Below are positions 1 to 9,160 of a stretch of DNA of 64,000 bases, piece by piece (the stretch's first letter is position 1; each line of letters opens with the position of its first letter). The translations under genes were made by a program, and so were the position numbers. Origin of the DNA: Raja brachyura (lineage: Eukaryota); the NCBI GenBank assembly GCA_963514005.1, contig OY740782.1, forward strand, positions 76,136,001 through 76,200,000, written 5' to 3'. The notes beneath the pieces were generated by a model. It did no database searches and was not told the DNA's origin. It saw only the letters and a list, made by a program, of their open reading frames with translations.

Positions 1-164
1 AAGCTGAATGTAGGGACAAAAAATGTACACGTTAGAATTAAGATACATAATGTCTTCTAAGTCTAGAGTTGACACAAGGTATTATATTGTTCATATGACA
101 TTGTATTTCCTTCTATCAGCCATAGAATCGTGATCAGAAGATTGTAAAGATTGAAAAATGAAAC

Positions 165-455
165 ATTGATTATAGGGTAGATAGTCAGAGTCTTCTTTCC
201 AGGATAGAGATGTAAAATACCAGAGAAATAGTTTTAAGGTGTAAGGGGAAAAGTTTAAAGGAGAATTGCGAGGCATGTTTTTGTTATACAGAGTGGTTGG
301 GGGAGGCGATAGAATGGCAGGGTTTGAGGCATTTACAAAGACTAATGAACAGACAGGGAATAGAGGAAATGGACCATTTATAGGCAAACAGAATTAGTTT
401 AGATTGACATTATTGTCAGTGCAAACCCAATGTTTCTGGCTAAATTTTTCTATGT
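165..455 (+). mobile_element. Degraded CR1/HER1-type LINE 3' end
   Basis: Matches the ORF2 end and 3' UTR pattern of younger CR1 copies in this window (gtagatagtcagagtctt...tttaaggtg...aagtttaaaggag...cagagtggt). Boundaries approximate. Confidence 0.7.
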
Positions 456-883
456 TCATTGACTATTAATCATAAACTCCATGTACCGTAGAAATATTTA
501 AGGAATAGATCATTTTGTTTGTTTTGAATCAAGCTTCAAAGCATTGAAAGGGTTGTTGTATGTAAGTTGGAGGGGAATTGCTCTTATGAAATCTGCACTA
601 GCGCACAGCATCTTGCATGCAAACTGCTAAAATCCCATTGTACTCACCTGTGCCATAATTGTAGTTTTAAAAATTATCAACAGTTTCAACAATTGCATAC
701 AAGGCACATACAAGCCTAAAGGCTGGCTATATCTTCCAAATTTGGCTATCGGGCTAATTCTAGAGAATTACGAATTGCCCAAAATAAATCAGTTTATATT
801 TATTTTCACAAATAAATTGGAAAATATTATTTTCTCCCCAAAAGGCTTTCATTACAGAGCCATTTATTGGTCAATAGGCACCT

Positions 884-1019
884 TCTTCTTCTTTCGTGTG
901 GCGTGCACAGCCTAAAGTTGTTGGACAACTTGTTCTATTTGATCTTCCGTTTGTGCACGTCGAGTTGATTGCATTAGTCGAAACAGGGCGGTCCACGTGA
1001 AGGTTGCAATCTTCTACCC
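884..1019 (-). mobile_element. 136-bp short retroposon with (GAA)n tail and 12-bp TSD
   Basis: Direct repeat CAATAGGCACCT at 872-883 and 1020-1031. The minus strand starts GGG and ends aaagaagaaga. CpG-rich relative to its flanks. Confidence 0.85.
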
Positions 1020-2108
1020 CAATAGGCACCTATAACTGAGGTACTTCACTCTATAACTAAGCTTTTTTTAAATGATTTGTATTTAAAAATGTTGCTGTAT
1101 TATTACAGCAAATCATGGTTTTGACAAACTACCATTTCAGACTATCAAATTCAACTATTAAGCTAAAATCAATAACTGATATGAAATTTTGTGCAAGTAT
1201 GAAAGTTAGCAAGTTTTGGTTATGATGTTTCTGTAGTTTGGGCTGAATTCTCATTAGATCCTAGGATTATATTGCATTGCATTTGAAAGTGCCGACCAAT
1301 CTTGAAGAGGATAGAGTGGGCTAATATAAGAGTTTTGATGTGGGAGAAAGAACGGAATTGGGGATGATTGCTGTTACATGTGTTTGTTTGTATTTGATAT
1401 GACTGCATTAGCTTTTATTTTAACCAGAACTGTTATCCCTCTAATACTTATGTTAATAAAACAATCTATGGTCACATCATAGCAGGCTGCTTAATGAAAA
1501 GACAATGATTTTTATTTAAGGTAATATAAATTTGTGAAGACATTTGGGAAATTGCAATATGCTTAAATAGGTAAATAATCTGTGCACTTTTCTTGTAATT
1601 CTCGTAATTCTCCGTAGTGGTGCATTATTGCTGACTAAGAGTGGCCAACATCTCTTTAAGTCCTTGTGGTTATTTGTTTTGAAATCTTGGTGAACCACAG
1701 TTGCCCCATCTCCTAGACCATCTGCATCCATAGTTTAGTCAAACGCACAACTGTAAAGTTTTATGTAAACCAATGAATGTGAAGTTGATTGGTTTTGACC
1801 TTCCTGTGGTGTTGTCTCAATTAGTCATTTCTCAATTGCAAGACTCCCTGGTGAAGGAACTCTCTCTCTCTCCCTGTCAGCAACTTACTGCTTTAACTGA
1901 GCTATGAGAAAACACTATTTTTTGACCGTACAGCTTCTACTTTTTTTTTAGTAAACAAAGAACATGCAGGAGTTCACTGAAATATATCAGCTGCCCTTGC
2001 TTTTTTCTTCCCCATCATATTCTGTATTTAATCACATAATAGCCTATTAATTGTCCAATGTATACATTTTTAAAGAAAGTGCGTGACATGATCCTTTTTG
2101 TTTTGCAG

Positions 2109-2279
2109 AGTATTGCAGAGCAACATCCTCCTTTCCGACAGTAGATTGCATCTCTTCTTGCAGACACAACTAAGCACCACAGAAATTGAGGCCTGCGTCT
2201 CGGGTCTGACCGACTATACAGTTACTGATGCTGTTCATAGGCACGCAACGTCCAACCAAAGGTTTCCTGTCGAGGAAGC
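2109..2279 (+). CDS. SNX10: Sorting nexin 10, penultimate coding exon (end of PX / extended PXe helices)
   Basis: Acceptor tttttgttttgcag ends at 2108. Translation VLQSNILLSDSRLHLFLQTQLSTTEIEACVSGLTDYTVTDAVHRHATSNQRFPVEE matches the SNX10/SNX11 LLSDSxLHLFLQ..IEACV motif; ACVSG and N.RFP favour SNX10. The donor GC|GTAAAA at 2280 is inferred from phase compatibility. Confidence 0.92.
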
Positions 2280-2665
2280 GTAAAAAGTAAAGATCTGTTT
2301 AAATTTCAGATGCAAGGATTTTAATCCTACTATATATTTTTTTAAAGCATTGTTAATTCATCTCATTGTTATAGAGCTGTGACAGCTCATCATAGAAAGC
2401 TGCTCACACCTCCACACTGACTTAATGAATGCAGTGAAAATTCAATTATCTGTATTCTGATTATCTGAATTTCATTTTGTTAGACTTGGGTTATTTCCTT
2501 TTAAATTATCTAGCAAAAAATATCAGACTCTACTGCAAACACCTAATTAAAAGACCAAATTTCCTGTCTCTCTGAGACTGGAGATAATTAAGGTTCTCCT
2601 CTGTTACTCAGGCTTTAACTGTGTTGTAGAAACCAATTTCCTCTTTATTATTTTATTTTCATCAG

Positions 2666-2720
2666 CACTTCATCCTCGGGGCTTGGAAATAGCAGCAGTG
2701 ACAACAACGTGAAGTCGTAA
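2666..2720 (+). CDS. SNX10: Sorting nexin 10, terminal coding exon
   Basis: Acceptor ttttattttcatcag ends at 2665. The phase-2 reading (A)TSSSGLGNSSSDNNVKS* resembles the SNX10 C-terminal SSSSGLG.SS motif. TAA at 2718-2720. Confidence 0.85.
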
Positions 2721-5140
2721 AAGATGAAAATTGCAAGGATCTCTTTTGTGGCTCATTTTCTGTTTTGGGCATGTGTTCCAAATCTGCAGTCTAGACTGTT
2801 CTCCAAATCTAAATCATCCATATAGACCTCATTTGCAAAATAAATTCATGGAAGCTCGGAGCTTGATGCAGTGTTTTTTTGTGTAGATGGGAAAGCCTGA
2901 CTCTGAGCTGTTTTATTTTTAATTGCAACTTCTGGAATGAAAAGAGAGAAAAAGCCTGAAGAAATTTGGGCCTTTTTTTGTAAGACGTTAATTTGTAGAA
3001 AACACCAAAATAAACGACTGCAATTAATTGAAAGAAATTTAAACGTAACTGAAAATGTAAAATGCATTTGATGAATCCTTTTTTTATGAACTGAACACAA
3101 AATTTAATTGCACCTAAATGTTGGCTGTGAGTTTGCATTATGTGTGCTACAAATGGCAATCCCAAAGTTATCATAGTTTGTTTTTAATACAAGAGCTGTT
3201 GGAAAAAAATATTATTTTTGCACATTGAAACTGTAAATCAGCCATTCATAAATTGCTTCTGGATTAATTTATGGAAATTTATCATCCATTGCCTTGATTT
3301 AATAACTTATTCGCTAAGCAAGCCTTTTTTTTTAAGTCTATGAATTTAGCTACATTTGGTTGAGACAGCAAATAAACGGTAAAATAAACGGGTAACTCTT
3401 TACCTTAACTTATCCATTCCATTTAAATCATTCAGTGATTCTGCATTAATTATGGCAGGGTTGGTTTATAGAACTTTCTGTTGAGTTTTATCCTGTAGAT
3501 TCAGGTGGTATTTTACTTGACGACGTGTAAAATTTAACATTTGATTTACTTATCAGAGCAGTGTTATTTTATATGTGAGGAGGAATTTATTTTGGAATTA
3601 CCTAATTTGGTAATTGGGTATTTTTTTCAGAACGTATTAGCTTGTTCTTTGTAAAATATGTTATTAGTCTTCAAATTGTTAAATACACCCTTGGGTCAAA
3701 TAGCAATTCCATTATTTTCCTGAATAGTAAGATGCTTCTCTGGGCAAAGGAATATTGGCCTACTTGCTTGCTAACAATCCTTGCTTGAAGTGTAGGTGTT
3801 GGCATTGTTCGGATACACTTCTAGACAAAAGGCAGCAAAAGAAAAACTGGTTCCATGCGTTACATGAAAATGGCCACTTGGTTGAGATAATAAATGAGCA
3901 CTACTTACGGAACCTTGACACAGCAGGGAGTTATCTTTATTGGAGGGAGAATGTTCATCGAATGTTTATTGTAAATGAGCTTTTTAAAAGAAAATAAACT
4001 GTAATTTCCTCTTTTAAGGATAGATTTTGATTGTAATTTCAGTGTTCTGCCGAAAGCTATTTGTTCTGATATTTCACTTTTTTTTCCATCTTTGGATTTC
4101 AGATTTTAAAGTTAACTGGGAATTTATGAAGCAATATAACTATTGGCCCTCTGCAGACGTATCCTAACTTTCTAAGTACTGCATCTTCTATTTTTACCTT
4201 TAATAAACAAAAATTGGACTTTCTCATGTTACTAAAGAGAACATTTTATTAAACTGTAATCATAATACCATTATTTGTCTCCTGATATTGGAAATCTGCA
4301 CCTGTCTGAGTTTTTTTGAATATGGAGTTGTGAATTATTATTTAGCCTGCTGGTCACAGTGGTCACCTGGTGTTGTCATTGTGAACGTGAAAATAAACTC
4401 TGCAGTCATGGATAGTTTTGCAGAAAATGGGAGAATGAAAGACACTGGAACTTTACGAGATGTCTGATGGGATGCTACACTTCATTTATATAAATGTTTT
4501 ATATTTCAATGTCAATGTTCATGGAATTGTGCAATTACCTTATAATAAATTAATCAAATGTGTATTATTGGTGATGTACTACGAGTTACAAATATAACAA
4601 GGTATTGCAATGACAATTTGAGATGGGGTGTGTGTATAAAGTGAACCTTTGTTCTGATAAACAGCAGGAATTCTTTCATATCTTGAGGTTAAAATGTAGG
4701 AATGCTGTGCAAAATTTTAGATTGTTCTCAAATGTATATGTTTAATAGCAGGAAAAAACAAATCTACAGCTTCTTGTGAGTTATGTACACAGATCCTCTC
4801 TTACTCTATAAGCACTGCAGTAGACCATTAGCACTTAGTTTGTCAACAGAAGCCTGTTCTTCTTGACCATATGGTATTAGGTGGTTTTGAAAGACTTACT
4901 TGATTGTCTAGACCAATTAAAGGACTCTGGCATAGTTTGACAGCTTAGTGGGCTTTAGAATGAAATCTAAATGTCCTTGTGCAGTTTGTCAACTTGACCA
5001 TAAGTCATTACATGTTTTTGTTTGCAGGAGCGGTCTTCCTTTTGAACTGGAAGCAGAATTCATATTTTTCCCTCTTCGTTAATGTAAGATCACTTGGAAT
5101 TGGTAGTACTTTTTTTAAAATGTTGTTATATGTAAATAAA
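2721..5140 (+). other. SNX10: Probable SNX10 3' UTR (end uncertain)
   Basis: AT-rich, repeat-free sequence after the stop, with multiple AATAAA (e.g. near 2840, 3010, 3370, 3995, 4200, 5135). The signal actually used cannot be determined. Confidence 0.45.
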
Positions 5141-5419
5141 AATTGAAGTGCACAAAAGATGTAATGTCATTGATTTACTTTTTTTTGCAGTCATGTTCAG
5201 AAATGTTATTTTTGAGATTTGGGAAGTTTTTAGTTTTATTGTTCTTTATTATAGATACCTGGATGGAGAGATTTGCTATTTGGTAAAATGCAGGCTTAGA
5301 AATGGACATCTGGTCCTTCAGAGCTCATCACATTAAGATTATTTTTCTTTCAGGCTGTACTTGCATTTTCAATATGCAGACGTGACAACAATGTGAAGTC
5401 GTAAAAGATTGCTCACTCT

Positions 5420-5515
5420 TTTGTGTCTATCTACGTGAAACATCGACCATCCTTCTGCCTTCACATGTGCTACCCGATCTGCTGAGTTCCTCCAGCAATT
5501 TGTAATTTTGCTCCA
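5420..5515 (+). mobile_element. Penelope-like pLTR fragment
   Basis: gaaacatcgaccatcc...gctgagttcctccagc matches the pLTR seen at 25005-25129 and after the GIY-YIG relic. Confidence 0.65.
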
Positions 5516-6384
5516 TTTATATACCATCTTTGAAAATGTCTCGAGGGGTATCACGGGAATTGTCAAACACAGATCAAAAGCTTTGCTAATATTTTTGTAT
5601 TTGCAAAACAATGTAGCAGATGCCTTGAAATAGACAACCAGAACAATTTTAGTTTGGTTTACTGATTTTGCAAAACCTAGAAACAATCTCTTCCCTAATA
5701 TTTTGGCTTGATTGCTTTCCATTTGTAATCGGTCTACGATCTCTCCTATTGCAACCCTGTTTTAAATGGAACAATTTAAAATAATAAACGGAAGCACCGT
5801 TTCAAATACTTTTTACCTTCTATAGGCCCAGCATAATTTGTAAGCATGTGTTCTGATTGATTCAGTACTTTGATTCGCTAATAGTTATCCATTGCCAATA
5901 GATTACTTTACCTACCTGTAGCAATTATTTATTTACACATTTTTACTTTTGTACTTTATCATTAAATGTTCAAAGCCTTTTGGGTACCCACTACCAATGC
6001 AAATCCATCTGAGAATTGATTTTGCTTTTTCCAAAATCTTGTCTTTGGTCTCATTCTTGTCACTGGTCATTTATTAGCTGCTTTCCAAATAAGCCACTTG
6101 GCATTTGGTGAAACAACATCTGGATTGCTGCATGCATTTTGGATTGCCTTATCCAGGGATGCATATGGAGTCAGTGCTGTGAGTTTTCACCAGATGGATT
6201 CTTTGGATAAGTGTGTTGACCTTTGAGTAAGATGGATCTATGCTCTCCGGAGTTGAGACAATGAAAGATGTTATGATTGAATCTAAAAGCCTGATTTTAG
6301 TCTGACTGGTAAATATAAACTCTGCATTAAAAATCAACAAGTAATTTAAATTGGATTACAACCAGGTAAGGAGTCAACTATTTG

Positions 6385-6590
6385 GCTCTGAGTGGGGAGA
6401 AACAATTTTTACATACTAGGTTGTGAATCTTGGAAATCTTCCATCCCCAAGGGTAGTTGATCCTAAAGAATTGAATGTGTTCATAGCCGACTTCTATTGG
6501 GATCAAAGGAAGTTATGTTATGAGCAAAATGGATAAGCCATGATCTCACTGAATAATGGCACCATCTACTCAATTTTATGTCTTTCTTTG
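6385..6590 (+). mobile_element. Old CR1 3' end relic
   Basis: ggttgtgaatcttggaaatcttc...agccatgatctcactgaat resembles the CR1 3' UTR in younger copies. Confidence 0.55.
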
Positions 6591-6925
6591 TTGGTCAAAA
6601 CCTGCACTAAATATATAAGATATGAATAGCCTTTATTGTCATTCAGTAAGATATAACATATATATAAATACATATAGTGGTACGTGCAACATGATCTCCA
6701 AATTACCTAGTTTCATTTGAGCTCTATAATGAAAAATGTTTGTCACTCAATTAGGCAAAATAATTAAGAATCTAGATCTTATCTATTCATAATGGTAATT
6801 GTTTTATTATCCTAAATCAACGAGAGAAGGCAAGGTGTGTTGAAAATGATAAGTTAGGATTCATGGTGATCATAATATTTTACTTTCTCCAAGAACATCA
6901 ATACGGTATTAGGTTATTTGGCAGG

Positions 6926-7183
6926 TCACAATTTGAAGTTACGTATTCGCTTGTTTAATTTCAAAACGTGGTCTTTGTAATTGTTAACATTTTTTGTTAC
7001 AGACAATGCAAGCCGAAAACAGGCTTGGAAGTCAGCGATAGACTCAGAGATAACGTCTTTCGGACGGGACCCTCTGGACAGTGCGAAAAAATAAGGCCAT
7101 TGTAAAATGCGCTGGATTGTTGGAAGCGTATCAATTAAGACCCGGTATATCTGATTTTTGACATTTACCCGTTTTGTTTTCCT
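6926..7183 (-). CDS. Candidate exon 2 of an unannotated antisense small-protein gene
   Basis: Minus-strand acceptor cccattaacttttcag (AG at 7185-7184) followed by 85 open codons to a stop, in phase 0 with the exon at 8861-8929. No homology recognised. Confidence 0.3.
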   Translation of the reverse strand, partial: RKTKRVNVKNQIYRVLIDTLPTIQRILQWPYFFALSRGSRPKDVISESIADFQACFRLALSVTKNVNNYKDHVLKLNKRIRNFKL

Positions 7184-8860
7184 CTGAAAAGTTAATGGGA
7201 ATACATTTTTAAGGAACCGCATAAACCCTAAGTGCCCAGTGATAATGATCCTCTTCATGGATTTGTACCAACTCTGCTCCAATTGTACCTGTTCTGACTT
7301 TGGTTACGTGATTAATATAGACGGTCTCAGAATTAAACCAGCGAGCCATGCACAAAAGTGGCCACAACTTTGATAGTTAGGACGGCAGTAGTCCATTAAA
7401 AATATCAAAAGCTTGAACTAAGGTCAATGATCCTGTTCTGAAATTTTCAGATTTTGCACCGAGAATTCATGTAAATGTAGCTTCAAATTTACCACATAAT
7501 CAATTACCATTTCCTACAGAATTCGTTATTGCAAAATCTATTTAGAAAACAAATATATCCTTGGGCTATTGTCTGTAATTTTATAGGATTCATTTGGTCT
7601 GGGCAGAAACGAGGAACTGCAGGTGCTGTTTTGATGACATACGTTTTGATTAACTAAAGATTTCGGTATATTTTCTCCAGTTTAATGCAGATCTGAACTG
7701 GGGTATTGTATTGTCTATGGAGGCAATTGTTCCTTTCTGGGGATCGCCTTGAAGCAGTGCCTAGAGTTCACCCCTTTAGTTGTCCATAACTTTAATCGTA
7801 ACTGAAGTACGAAATACCTCTACTACAACACATTCCATTCGTTATGCTTTTACATCCTAACTTTAATTTTATTCCTGTTTACTTCAGGAATTCCAATAAA
7901 TTGGAATAAGAGGGAAATAAATGACTGACAGCTCACATAATGCGTAGTCTGACAACTCGTTTAACAAACTTTCTAAAGTCGATCTAAATTTATTGCAGGC
8001 ATTCGGCACGTTTCAACGAGAGGATAGAATGGGTAAAAGTTACGAACGTAATTTCCAATTCAGTACTGAATACATAGACCTTGTCTAATTACATTGGAAA
8101 GACTTGAACTGCTGTGTTTTATGCATTGCGGTTTTCACTCACCGCGATTTTCATCAGTTTGGATTAGACACACGAGTCATTAAAGAACACACCGCGAAAC
8201 TTTAAAAGGACCACACGTGTACATAAACTGCCTTCACAATTGCAGATCATCAAAATTGGGAATGAGATTCGGAACACATTAAGATAATATCCGATTGGTT
8301 CAATTGAATTTGATCATCGCACTTTTCAAAGAGTTACATATTATTTTCAGAGAAACTTGCTGTACAACGAAATTCTCCTAGTTATATTTCTCCCCATTAA
8401 ATGTTTTGACCGATCTCCCGTGGCTGTGCCATCAGCGGGTGCTTATAAATAACCGTTTGAATAGCAAACCCTTTCCGTTGTCAAAAAAGCCAGAAACTCA
8501 ACCACCCAATGCACCTCAGTTCGAGGGAGACTCGAATGAAGTTTGTTGCACGCACATCTAGCGCTGTAGATAAGCTAAAGGGTGTTAAACAACAAACTAA
8601 AGTAAAGTGTACTTATTCCTAACATGCAGTGATCCATAGTAACTAAGTGACCCTTGACTACCTTGTACTTGAACTGGCACGAATGCTGTCAAGACAAACA
8701 GAAACGTCATTTCAAAAGCCCAACAACTACCAATTTACGATTCCATTCCTCTGATGAGAATGCAATGTAAATAATGTTTCATGGCACAACAACAAACATT
8801 CCCGAAATAAAGCGGCAAAGCGGTGTACCTGTCTTGTGTAATATCCCATCTCACTCTCAC

Positions 8861-8929
8861 CTCAGTCAGAGCCGGCCCAACGTCAGCCAAGGATTGGACC
8901 TTCCTGCTTTCCTTGCATACACCGACCAT
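8861..8929 (-). CDS. Candidate first coding exon MVGVCKESRKVQSLADVGPALTE
   Basis: ATG at 8929 in context aatATGG-type (A at -3, G at +4), preceded by a CAA-rich leader. Donor GAG|GTGAGA after 23 codons. Lies directly downstream of a promoter motif cluster. Confidence 0.45.
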
Positions 8930-9039
8930 TATTTTTAATGTTGTAATTGTTGTTGTTATTATTACTGCAAAGCTTTCTCTGGCAGTTTATCCCTAAATGC
9001 TGTTTGCCGACGCTGGTGGTATTTCTCTGCCAGTTTCTT

Positions 9040-9160
9040 TTTAGTGGCAGGTAGCGGTAACCCATGGCAACGGCGTGCGAGCCAGCCAGAGACGGCAGTC
9101 AGCATTGGTGCAGCCAGACACAACAAGCCCGCGGGCGGTTGGGGCAGGGAGGGGGCATGA
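9040..9160 (-). promoter_or_regulatory. Promoter: RFX X-box + CCAAT + Sp/KLF GC boxes
   Basis: GTAACC-CAT-GGCAAC at 9057-9071 fits GTNRCC(N0-3)RGYAAC. ATTGG 9104-9108, GGGCGG 9133-9138, GGGAGGGGG 9147-9155. Local GC/CpG peak. Confidence 0.7.
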
